DNA from: Antechinus flavipes
Taxonomy: Eukaryota
DNA: 64,000 nt
Direction of reading: 5' to 3'
Assembly (NCBI RefSeq): GCF_016432865.1
Contig: NC_067401.1
Coordinates: 110,112,001-110,176,000, forward strand
Shown here: piece after piece, positions 49,716 through 62,373 of the stretch
How the letters are laid out: every line of letters begins with the position of its first letter
Position numbering within the stretch: position 1 is the stretch's first letter
The notes under the pieces: model-generated
The model's input: only the letters and a program-made list of their open reading frames with translations
Databases searched by the model: none
Told to the model about the DNA's origin: nothing
Translations under genes and position numbers: made by a program

Positions 49716-50465
49716 TTGTTTTTTGGAAAAGAAAACGCTGGCAGAAGCCAACTTGTGATTTGAGACTCTGAAGGGGATTCTATGGCTAGAAAGATGGGTT
49801 TTGTTCCTTCCAGAGTTAGAGGAACAGAGGTTTACATTGCAAAATATTGTTAAGTGAATGTTAAACAATAGAACCGACTCCCTGATTGTCACTGTGTCAT
49901 AGGAGAAATTTACAGAAATACTTTTCCTTATATCGCTGACCAGGGAAAGGAGAGCAAGATGAAGGGAAGCCTGAGAGAAACAACAAAGTCATTGTATCCA
50001 TTCCCTTGCCCTTTTCTTGCCTTAGCCAGGAAGTCTGCTTGTACATATCACAACCAGCAGCCTTTGAGGGCCTAATGCAATGATTAGCCATAGTTGGATT
50101 CTAATGACAGTTCTTTGAAACAGTTACCAACAGTTATGTTGGATCTAGTTCTGGGTTCCACATCTTAGGCAGGAGTAAGTCCAGGGTATGGGGTACAGTC
50201 TGAAGATTATGCTATATACAAAGCTTGATTGAAGGTACAGGGGTTATCTTAACCTGGCAAAATGAAGATTCATAGTAGAGATAATAGCTGTCAAGTATTT
50301 GAAAAAGATTTAGGTAGAAGGATTAGATTTGTTCTATTTGGTCCCCAAGGGCAAAAATAGAAGCAATGACCTGAAGTTGCAATGTTGGGGAAAACTTCTT
50401 GGCACTTAAAAGTCATGAAAAAGTTTATTTTATTTATTTATTTTGCATTTCTATTTATTTTATTT

Positions 50466-51150
50466 TTTATTTTTTTAATAACTTTTTATTGATAGAACCC
50501 ATGCCAGGGTAATTTTTACAGCATTATTCTGCGCATTCACTTTTTTTTTTTTTAATAACTTTTTATTGAGAGAACTCATGCCAGGGTAATTTTTTACAAC
50601 ATTATCCCTTGCATTCACTTCTGTTCCGATTTTTCCCCTCCCTCCCTCCACCCCCTCCCCCAGATGGCAAGCAATCTTTTACATATTGAATGGGTTACAG
50701 TATATCCTGGATACAATATACGTATGCAGAACCAAACAGTTTTCTTGTTGCAGAGGGAGAATTGCATTCAGAAGGTATAAATAATCCGGGAAGAAAAACA
50801 AAAATGCAAGCAGTTTATATTCATTTCCCAGTGTTCTTTCTTTGGGTGTAGCTGCTTCTGCCCATCTTTGATCAATTGAAACTGAATTAGCTCTCTTTAT
50901 CTAAGAGATCCACTTCCATCAGAATACGTCCTCAAACAGTATCATTGTTGAGGTATATAATGATCTGGTTCTGCTCATTTCACTTAGCATCAGTTCATGT
51001 AAGTCTCGCCAGTCCTCTCTGTATTCATCCCCTTGCATTCACTTCTGTTCTGATTTTTCCTCTCCTTCCCTCCACCCCCTCCTCCAGATGGCAAGCAGTC
51101 CTTTACATGTTCAATAGGTTATAGTATATCCTAGATACAATATATGTGCA
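50466..51150 (-). mobile_element. Cluster of L1 3' ends (one L1 inside or duplicating another)
   Basis: taataactttttattga-agaac-catgccagggtaattttt occurs twice; cttgcattcacttctgtt segment occurs twice. Confidence 0.8.
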
Positions 51151-52175
51151 TGCAAAAGTTTAATGAGCCATTATTTTTGTGCTTTTTAGGGTTCTCTTAG
51201 GAGATGCTCAAAATTCTCTCAAGATGCTCAAGACTCATCTGTGGGTCTTTATTTTCCTAATCTGTAAGAGAGGTTAGGGTACTCTCTTTCAGCTAGCTCT
51301 GACATTCTATGAAATTGCATAACTATTGGAAAAAGGATGTTTTACCAACTTCCCTTGAGCATACTCTCTCACCTTGAAGGTTGTGAAGGTAGTATTAGGG
51401 ATCCTTTTATCTCCCAATGTATGGCAAAAGAGTTGAGGAAAAGGGAACAAAGACATGCCTCCTGGACTAAAGTTCCTCACTTGTAAAAGCTGAATGCATT
51501 TCTCTCCCCCTTACTTTTCCCTCCCCATTCTAGGCTTTAGTAAAGGGCCTTGTATGCTTGTTTCCCTAAGAATAAGGTAGGAATAAGTGGAAAGACATAG
51601 AGACGTTAAAAAAAAAAAAAAAGGTCCAGAGAGAGACAAGAGAAGAAAAGAAATGACAGCAACAGGTAAGATGAAGATAAGAAAAAGGGAGGAAAAGCGA
51701 GCAAATATGGAAGGGAAAAAAAGGCTCCAAAGAAGTATCAGTAGCAAAATTAAATTTTGCTTTTATTTCCAACCAGGAAACGTCATTTCTAACCTCCAAG
51801 CATCTCTTTCCTGGGAGTTCTTGGGTAGCTTCAGGTAGTCATAAGGCATCATTACTTTTGGCCCTTCTAGCTCTCAGCCAAGTCTCGGGTGGTAATCTGC
51901 CCTAGCTTGGTACTTCTTGACTTTGAATAACTTTTTTTTCCTTTGGATTCTGACAAGTATAGGCGCACTTGCATAAATATCTCAAAAATGAAATTATTCT
52001 CTGGAGGCGATGGGAGAACCTGCCAGGGTGGCTTTGTTCCTTGTGAGTCCAAATATTCATTCTCTTACTCCAGAAGAACATAGAATTCTTCTGCTGGGTT
52101 GGATATAATCTCTGAGCCATGGATGGTCTGTGTGCCTTGAAGGACTGGAAGTTCATTTGGTGTTCAAAAGTACTA

Positions 52176-52229
52176 TCATCGTTCATCCTTGACACTCGAG
52201 TCTTGCCAATCTTGTTCCTCATCGGTGTC
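52176..52229 (-). CDS. Candidate unannotated gene, last coding exon (DTDEEQDWQDSSVKDER*)
   Basis: Acceptor ccactccttcctcctgtgccaag|GAC; phase 0; TGA followed in frame by TAG; AATAAA at 51762-51767. Confidence 0.4.
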   Translation of the reverse strand, partial: DTDEEQDWQDSSVKDER

Positions 52230-53562
52230 CTTGGCACAGGAGGAAGGAGTGGGATGAAATCTTCCTCCTAAGGGTAATCTAAGAGTGAGGGACAAGGCCT
52301 CACCCTACCCACTCATCCTACTTAAGTATGCCTTCTTCAAGTTAGGATGGCAGACAAAGAGAGAGACTGGGGGAGGGAGTCAGTATTTAGTAGACTGGAC
52401 GTCAAGCTTCAGATATCAGCTCTGCTACTTAATAGTAAGTCATTTCCTATCTTTAAAGTTCAGTTTCCTCATTTGCAAAGTTAGGGAGTTGGACTAAATG
52501 ACCTCTAAAGTCCCTTCAAGGTAGAAATTATCTATTATCCAAACTGAGAAGGACTAAATGGGAGATCACTGGAAACTTCAAGTCATACTTCCTTCCTGTA
52601 TGTAGTACGTTACTATGGTAAGGATACAGTGCCATGGAAAAAATAATGGTTACCCTTATGGTGTTTGCCATTTATTTAGGAGAACAACACAGCTACATGT
52701 AATGACTGAAGAATCTTAAACAAATAAACAGGTGTAACTTCATGTGATAGGTTTCTAAAAAATTATCAACTGAATAATTTTTAAATGCACTAGAAGAATC
52801 CACTATTTAGTGGATCCTTTTGTTAAGCAAAAACTTCTACAACTACAGAATGTTCAAACTGGGTAGAATCTTCTTAATTCAACCTCTCTATAGATCTAAA
52901 AACTAAGACACAGAATGAGAAAGTGATTTGGTCTCATTAGGATGTGAGTAGAGACCTTCATTTATCTGTGTATCTCTAACACGTAGCCTGTCATATAGAA
53001 AGGCACTTAATAAATACCTTTTGAGTCACTCTTGAAGGTCATACAAGTATACAAGAGCAGAATCAGGACCAAAACTGATTCCTTTTTGTAAAATAGTCAC
53101 CCCTTATTTGATCAGTTTTCTGAATATGGATTGTTTATTTACTGTTTACTTAAAGAGTAGTGCATAAATGTGATACAAATTAAGTGCTGGAAAGATACTG
53201 TAAAGGTGTAATCAGAGCCAAGTGAAGTCAAACTTCCTGGAGGAAGAACATTTTGAATCAGGTTTGCAAGAGATAAGCATTTAGAATGAAGGTCATCTCA
53301 GACAAGGGAATGGCTTGTGGAAAAGCCTGGAGCTGGTTATTGGCCACGGGGGAGATGTTAGAGGGGAGATGGTATAATCTCATAGGAAATGAAATGAGGG
53401 TGCCTCAATCAAGTTGGCTAGCTGAGGAGTTTTGAAGGCTGGGTAGAGAAATTAAAAATGGAAGTTATAGGTAATCCTTGCCTCTGGTTCTTGAAGGGGA
53501 AAGAAGCACTTATTGTGTGTTTGGCACTGGGGGAAGGAAGAGTGAGTAAAAAAGTTTCTTAC

Positions 53563-53691
53563 AGTAGTCTGGTCTTGAGTGCCAAGGTAGCCTGCATCTT
53601 TGCCAAGACTGCAGATGGAAGTCCGTGATGTTGCAAAGTTGTCTAAGAGATATGATTTTGTGTCTAGATCTCCCCATGCCTCCTTGGGCTC
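53563..53691 (-). CDS. Candidate unannotated gene, internal exon (129 nt, phase 0-0)
   Basis: About 40-nt pyrimidine tract ending ctcctttag|GAG; donor ACT|GTAAGA; open frame EPKEAWGDLDTKSYLLDNFATSRTSICSLGKDAGYLGTQDQTT. Confidence 0.45.
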
Positions 53692-54083
53692 CTAAAGGAG
53701 AGGATGAGGAAGAATGGTGAAAAGAAAAGACTTCTCAGTTCAGTCAAGAACCCAGAGTCCCAGCTTGTAGCCCCCTTGCCCAGTGTCATCAGTAACTGCC
53801 CCATTCCCAAATCTCTCTCACTTTGGGTTGCTTTGACAGAAAGATCAAATTATTTGACTTCTTCATTTAAATTTCAACATCGATAATTATTGGAAACAAT
53901 TTGGCCCAGACATGGTATCCTTCCTTTCCCTACACACCTCCAAACTTAAAGCTCTTCAGTTCTGTGGCCTCATAGAAGCAGTTGTCATGGCAATGAGAGT
54001 AAGGTCTCTAGTCCCTGGGAAGTAGATTTCACAGCTTGATGAACCCTATTCCCTTGAGGCTTTCACATTTTCTCTCCTTTCAC

Positions 54084-54179
54084 CTGGCCCAGACAGACCA
54101 ACTGGAAGATGAGACAGACATAGGAAAACCAGAAGGAAATGGTACAAAACCCAAAGGGATATTCAGCCACAGAAGGCAT
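54084..54179 (-). CDS. Candidate unannotated gene, hydrophobic exon
   Basis: MPSVAEYPFGFCTISFWFSYVCLIFQLVCLGQ; donor CAG|GTGAAA, phase 0; possible acceptor 3 nt upstream of ATG (exon 54084-54182). Confidence 0.4.
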
Positions 54180-56636
54180 AAACTGCTCAAACAGCTTGTG
54201 TTAAGATTGGCCAAAATAATGTTATGATAAAAAAAAATAAGGTTTTTATGAGAACTCATATTTATGTGACTCGTGATTTTCAAAGTGGTTTCCTCAAGAT
54301 AATCCTTTGAAGGAAGCTAAGTAGGGCACTAGATCCCAAAATTTTGGTTAAATCTAAAAAGGGATTCAGGAAAATCCTTCTTTTTAAGCTCTCAAGTTAT
54401 ACAGTGATATGAAAAGTATCCCTGATTTGTTCTGCTAAATTTTGATTTTTAAAATTTCACTAAATGTTTATGCTAGACCCTTTCCCCAGCCTTTCCTTTT
54501 GTCTTCCTATGTCATCTCCTCTGGCAATTCATGCCCTGTTCTAGTGTTCTAATTAATATTCTGGTAGTTATATATGTAAAGTAGAGGTACAAGTGCCTCA
54601 AATTTGTTTTTCTCTCCATTCCTTATCTTTTAGACACTAAGTCCAGAATGTCTACCATCTGCTTTAAGGAACTGTTTGGACATTCCACCCAAGCCTCAAA
54701 TTTAGCATGTCCAAAACTGAACTTATCCACCAAACAGAGCTTCTCTTTCTGAGTAGGGTACTGCCAGTTAAACCTTAACTGGTTTCAATCCTCTTTAACT
54801 TCCTTTTGCTGTCCTCTATCCAGCTTGCTACTTACAATCCTAGATTTAGAGCTGGAAGGGATCTCCAGGTTTCTCTTATTTGACAAAAGAGGAAACTGAG
54901 GGTAAGGCAGACTTATCTAAGGACATTCAGATAGTATAGGCAAGATTCGAATCCATGCTTTCTGATTACTGAGATAAATGCCATTTCTATTGTACTATGT
55001 TAACTCTCAGTTCTTTGCAATGTTTCCCAACTATCTCTTCCATTTAGTTTCCATGGTTGGTATCCTGCTTCACAGCCTCTTCTTATCTGAGAAATTTTAA
55101 CAGCCTCCTAATGGGTCTCCCTGCCCCTAATCTCCCTCTAATCCATCCCACTGACCAGTGTGCTAGATAACTCTTTCTAAAACAGGCTCTGCTACTATCA
55201 CTGTTCTGTGAAAAACCTTCAGCCTATCATTGTGTCCACATTCCTAGGCCTGGCATACAAAGCCCTACGTGAAGCTTTGTTTCAACTCACTTCTAACTCT
55301 ATGCCTTTATCTCCTTTTGTCTATTTAAATAAATCAAACACTCCTGCTTGTACACCTTTCCTTTTTCAGCGTGTTGACCTGGAATGTTTCAGCTAAAAGT
55401 AGACTAATTGTGCTCACTATATGTATCACTTTAGACAAATCATTTAAGCTTCCTGACTTCAGATTCCTCTAACGAGGAATCTTCGAGATTCCTCGGTTGT
55501 CCATCTGACAAACGATGGCCTCTGCTCCCCCTTTCAGTTGATACTATGAGATAACCTCTAAAAGTTCCTCCCAACTCCCAACTCAACAATCCTATAATTC
55601 TACCAGTGCCTGCCTTCATCTTTTACCCCCATCTCTGCTTATCAAAATCAAGACAATTTAGATATTACCTCCAGGAAATATTTTCTGATTTCTTCAGATA
55701 GATGTGGATTCATTTTTACTCTGGATCCCATGGCACTTTGTACCTCTCATGCCATTTATTACAGTGTAGTGGGAAAAGCCACAAGAAATCTGGATTTGTA
55801 TGCCATCTCTGAGACTCGCTTGATTATTCTGCATAAGTCATTTAATTTCTTAAGTTTTTATCTATAAAATGGGATGAAAAACAATTTCATTGCCTAAGCC
55901 AACAAGGTCACACTGGAAGGAAAGTGGTTGGCAAGTATGTGGGAAAGTCAGCTCATATCCTTTGATTGTTAAATTTTTATATTAAATTTTTTGGAAATGA
56001 GCAAATGAACTTGATTTATTGTTTTGTTGATTGTCTAGACTTAAGAAATGAAGAAAGTTTTAATAATGCATATTAAACTTAAAATGTCTAGTGTTTTCAG
56101 AGAGCTGGTTTTTAAACATTTAAAAACACACCACTGGTTTAGTAAACAGTACTTGCTATACAATGTGAACAATTATTATTATATAGACTAGTACTGTTAT
56201 ATATAATGTATGTATGTGAATGTTATAATTGTTATACATAATGGTATATTATGTTGTATCCCTTACTAGATAAGATCCTTGACATAAGATACTGTATCTA
56301 AGAGTACACATAGGGAATAAGGTGTCAGAAGAGTGCAATGTGTTGGGAGATTAGCTTATAAAGGACTTTGGAAGAGTTCTGTGTTTTATCCTGGAAGCAA
56401 TAGGGAGCCACTGGCGTTTATTGAGTAGCGGAGAGAGGGAAGGAATGGATTTTCCTGTTGAAGTAAAATCACTAATAAGTAAATTAAGGATGGACTGAAG
56501 TGGGTATGGAGGGTCCCATCATTAAATGGCAGCTAAGGGCTTTGAGTCTACGCTTTATTAGGATGTTAAAGGAAAATAGGAATTCGTAGTCTGGAAAAGA
56601 GCAGATTCGGGATAGATACAGACACCTTCAAGTTAC

Positions 56637-56669
56637 CGGAAGCACTGTCACATCATAGAGACATTCCAT
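56637..56669 (-). CDS. Possible upstream coding exon of the candidate gene (MECLYDVTVLP)
   Basis: 48-nt exon 56637-56684 with pyrimidine tract, TAG acceptor and CCG|GTAACT donor; its first ATG is in frame with the downstream exons. Confidence 0.2.
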
Positions 56670-57039
56670 TTGTTCGAGATGGCTCTAGCGGTCAGAAGCG
56701 GAGGAGTTGATAGAAAGCAAAAAGGCAAATCCAGGATTGGTATCAGGACAAAAGTAACAAAGCTATACGAAAACCAAAAGGCTCGTCCTCCTTAGAAATC
56801 TTCAAGCAAAGTGGATAACCAATTAAAAGGAGTATTTTTGAGCACCTTGCATATGTTCCAATCACCCTGGGAAGGAAGCAAAAGAAGATGTGATTTTTAT
56901 TCTCAAGAATAAACAAATATTTGTATATATTTTAGTTTCGTTTTGGGGAAAATAAAACGGAAATCCAGGAAGTGACTCACTCTTGTGACTTAATTCGAAT
57001 CCAAGTCTTCGGACTCTAAAGTCAGCGCTCTTTCCATTG

Positions 57040-57300
57040 TACTACGACGTGTAATATTTTGATTGGCGAAGAAGGGAAGATTTCCCTATATTCCAAGGCT
57101 AGTGACCCATAGCAAACTGCAAGAACGTCTGCAGAGGGTCGAATACATTAGATGCGGTCTCACCTGAGTAAGGCAAACGGATAAGGTGAGGGTAGCTGGC
57201 TAAGATGGGGCTGGTCATAGAACTACAATCCCCATGAAACATCGCGTCGGAGGACTTCCTGCCACCAATAGCTTCCGGCGGAAGTTAGTTTTTTGGTCCT
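57040..57300. promoter_or_regulatory. SSR2: SSR2 promoter (ERSE-like element, ZNF143-type ACTACAATCCC, CCAAT, paired ETS sites)
   Basis: CGTGT-N9-ATTGG 57048-57066; AACTACAATCCC from 57221; CTTCCGGCGGAAGT 57272-57285; CpG-rich. Confidence 0.7.
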
Positions 57301-57360
57301 CCCGGCGCTGACTCTGTTTTCCGGTTCTGGTGGCGCTGAAGTGGGTCTAACTTTTACGCG
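57290..57360 (+). other. SSR2: SSR2 non-coding exon 1 (5' end approximate)
   Basis: Donor GCG|GTGAGA at 57360/57361 downstream of the promoter motifs; the next exon begins exactly with ATG. Confidence 0.6.
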
Positions 57361-58369
57361 GTGAGACCCATCTCTCGGGAAGAACGGGACGGGGTGGAGA
57401 GAACTAGGGATGGGCGTCGGGGAGGGCGGCGTGTTTTTCTCCTTCCTCAGTCCAGCTTAGCTCCTGCGGCCTGCGAGGGGCCGGGGGAAAGGGGGACACG
57501 TCGACTTGACAGCCCCTGGAGCCACGAAAGCAGTGGGGCCGGGAGCCCACTCGTGAGGGGGAGAAGGAGGCCGACTATCGGGAAGAGCTCTGAGCGTCAG
57601 GAGGGGGTTGTATGGGAGCTGTTGGAGACAGAGTGGTACAAAGATAGTCGAGGGGGAAAGAGGCGCGTAATGGGAGGGGTGGTCGGGGTGCCCCGGGGAG
57701 GGGTGTTAAGTGTAGCGATGGGAGCAGGGAGGCTGTTAATCCCTAGGGGTGTACTTGGTGATGGAAACCTTAATAATGAATCATTCATGGGAACAGCAAT
57801 TCTCAAACATCCAGATTATATCCTAGAGCTCTGGGGTTTCGCTATCCTCCCTCTCCCTCCAAAAGTACAGAGAGCAACCCGCCCTAAGTACCCATTCTTT
57901 GGCCTTCTTACCCCTTGGCCCCCTACTTTTGCTTGCTACGAGCATCAAGGTGCTGACCTTTCTGTTCTGAGTGTAACTAATATTTACATAGTGGTTTGAG
58001 GTTTGCAAAGTGCTTTCTAACGGCCCTTTGAGTTAGTGAGAGGAGTATTACTGTTTCCATTTTACAGATGAGAAGTTGTGTAGGTCAAAAGCTTATGTGA
58101 TTTTACCTCAATCCTCTAAGTGTGTCCAAGATGACACAGGTAGTCAGAGATAAATAAGTAAGAACACATCCTCTGCTCTAGAGTCAGTTCTCTTTCCACT
58201 ATGCCACAATGTTTTGTTGAGTGCAAAGAGCTAGAGCTGAGAGCTTTTTTTGGAGGCAAGGGGAGTGGGGGGAGGAGAGGGGGGGCATGAATAGCTCCAG
58301 AGAGCTGGTGATTGGATCTTGATTTCTGAATTCAGTCTAACTAGCTAATGATTCTGTCTTACTCCAAAG

Positions 58370-58524
58370 ATGAGGCTGTTGGTGTTTGCGGTATTGTGTC
58401 TGTTCCCAGCTGCACAAAGTGAAGAAGGGGCCAGACTTCTGGCTTCTAAGTCACTGCTGAATAGATATGCTGTGGAAGGAAAGGACCTGACCTTGCAATA
58501 CAACATCTACAATGTCGGCTCAAG
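58370..58524 (+). CDS. SSR2: SSR2 (TRAP-beta) exon 2, signal peptide
   Basis: aag|ATG; [52 protein letters not shown]; 155 nt. Confidence 0.96.
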
Positions 58525-59929
58525 GTAATAAACTAGAGCTTTTTGGATCTAAAGAGAAGATACAGAGAAATGATATCCTAAAGTATGTTATAGGACTAAC
58601 ACCAGAGAGCACATTTGGACTTCCCCAGGTTGGAGTTGAGGAGAATTTTATGCCAAAATGTAGAATTCATTCAGATTAATGAATATTTATCAAACATATG
58701 TTATATACAAATTATTTTGCTATCCCTTACTGATACAGCAACTAATTCTTACTCTTCTGGGAGAAAGGAACCTAAGAGCCGTCTCCAATTTTTAAAAATC
58801 CTAAAAGAAAAGGATGAAGAAGTATGTATAATTATTCATCTAGTCTTGCAACCTCAATGTAATTTTCAGCTGCTTACTTTGTCCACACATTCAGTTCATT
58901 TCTAAATCCTGTTGTTTCTATCTTTACACCGTCTTTCCTACATGCTCCCTTTTGTTCACCCAAACAACCATCACCCAAATTCAAGCCCTTATCTTTTTGT
59001 ACCTGGATCATTGCATTAGCCTTCTAATCTAGCCTTCAAATTAAATTCATTTGTCTATCCCCTTCATTATAGCTTACACTCAGCTACTAAATTGATCCTT
59101 AAATGTAAGTCTATCCATATGACTCCCCTCCCACACACACAATGTGATCCAGTTGCCCCCTATTATCTATTTAACATCTAAAGTTCTTTATAACCTGTTC
59201 CTTTTCTACCTTTCTACACTTTTTATCCTTTACTTTCCTTATCATTCAGCCTTTAATGTCTGTCTCATGTCTGGGAGACTCCTTCCTCACCTATACCTCT
59301 TTCTCTGTCTTTCTTCACATCTCATTCACTTATAATTCTGCTTTCTGCCAGGTGCTGGTTTGCCCCAGCTGCTAGTGCTTTTCCTCAGATACAACCTCCC
59401 ATGTATTCTGTATATATCTTTTTTGTACCTTGTTGTTGTCTACATATCATTCCCCCAATTGAGAACTGGGACTGTTTTTACTTTTTTATTATCTCCTTCC
59501 CATCATTCTCCCTTCTTCCCTACTCCCCCAGTATTTAACAAAATTCCTGGCACATCGTAAGCAATTACATATTTGATTAGAATACTAAGACACTTTTTTC
59601 TTACTGTCATTAAGTAGCGGTATGACCTTAGATAGTTACACCTGTATCGCTTCCCACATTTGTTAACTGAGAGATTTGAATCAGACAAGTGACATCTAAG
59701 GCTCTTTCCAGCTTTATTCACTTTTAAGAATGAGGTACCTCTTCTCATTTGCTGGAGTTACATAGAATAGCTTCTCTTTTTTGTATGCCACATTTCTTCT
59801 TCACTTACATTCTTTACAGAGGAAAAATGGAAATCAGAAGAAATCTAGACCTTTCTTCTAGGAATTTGTTAATCTGAGGTGTTTGACCTTGTTTTATAAA
59901 AATATTTTGTTAACTTTCAATAAATGTAA

Positions 59930-61267
<1,338 letters not shown>

Positions 61268-61376
61268 TGCCAGCAATGTTTCACATACTGTGGTCCTGCG
61301 ACCCCTCAAGGCTGGCTATTTTAACTTTACCTCTGCAACCATCACATATCTTGCCCAGGAAGAAGGGCCAGTGGTG
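61268..61376 (+). CDS. SSR2: SSR2 exon 4
   Basis: [36 protein letters not shown]; donor GTG|GTAAGT; 109 nt. Confidence 0.96.
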
Positions 61377-61896
61377 GTAAGTTTGTTTGAGTTTTGTTTT
61401 TTTGTTTTTTGTTTTTACTTTTTTGGGGGGAAGATTGGGAAGTGCATAATAAGGTGAACAGATGTGGCTCTTATCTCCAAAATTTCTTTGGTCCAGTCCC
61501 CTTTTAGTAAACTGGCCTTTAAAAGTGACATTTCCATTCTATTTCTGACTATATATTGTTGAAAGTATACAAATTTTGAGGGAAAGGAGAAATGATGTGT
61601 TAGAGGTTCCTTGATTCAAGGAATGTTTTAAATTCTGAAGTTTCCGAAGAAGACATTCTAGTCATAAAAGGAGGGTATACTGACATTTCTGATCTTGTTT
61701 GATTTTTTTCTTTACTCCTACTGCTATCAGTTAGTTCAGGCCCTTATCATCTGATACCTGGCATTAGTACATTAGCATCTTAGTAATCCTCCACTTTTTT
61801 AGTTTGCCCTTTCCTCCCAATTATTCCCCTTCACTGATAAATTGGCCTAACAGCTAATTTTATCATGATAGTTCCTACTTAAGAATGTACAGTCCT

Positions 61897-62373
61897 TGGC
61901 AAGACTAATTGAACTGATGCTAAGTGAAATGAGCAGAACCAGGAGATCACTATATACCTCAACAATGATACTGTTTGAGGATGTATTCTGATGGAAGTGG
62001 ATCTCTTTGATAAGAGAGCTAATTCAGTTTCAACTGATCAAAGATGAACAGAAGCAGCTACACCCAAAGAAAGAACACTGGGAAATGAATATAAACTGCT
62101 TGCATTTTTGTTTTTCTTCCCGGGTTATTTATACCTTCTGAATCCAATTCTCCCTGTGCAACAAGAGAACTGTTTGGTTCTGCACACATATATTGTATCT
62201 AGGATATACTATAACCTATTCAACATGTAAAGGACTGCTTGCCATCTAGGGGAGGGAGTGGAGGAGGGAGGGAGGGAAAAAATCGGAACAGAAGTGAATG
62301 TAAGGGATAATGCTGTAAAAAATTACCCTGGCATGGGTTCTATCAATAAAAAGTTATTTAAAAAAAAAAAAAA
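61897..62373 (+). mobile_element. 5'-truncated young L1 with poly-A and TSD
   Basis: AAGAATGTACA(G/A)TCCT at 61881-61896 and 62374-62389; TT/AAGA endonuclease site. Confidence 0.85.

Noticed and set aside
57361-57999. 212-aa ORF beginning at GTG 57361
   Set aside because: The GTG is the SSR2 intron 1 donor, and the ORF is GC-rich intronic sequence
61371-61382. Tandem GTG-GTG-GTAAGT donors at SSR2 exon 4
   Set aside because: The upstream GTs are weak next to the consensus GTAAGT; only a minor Val deletion would result
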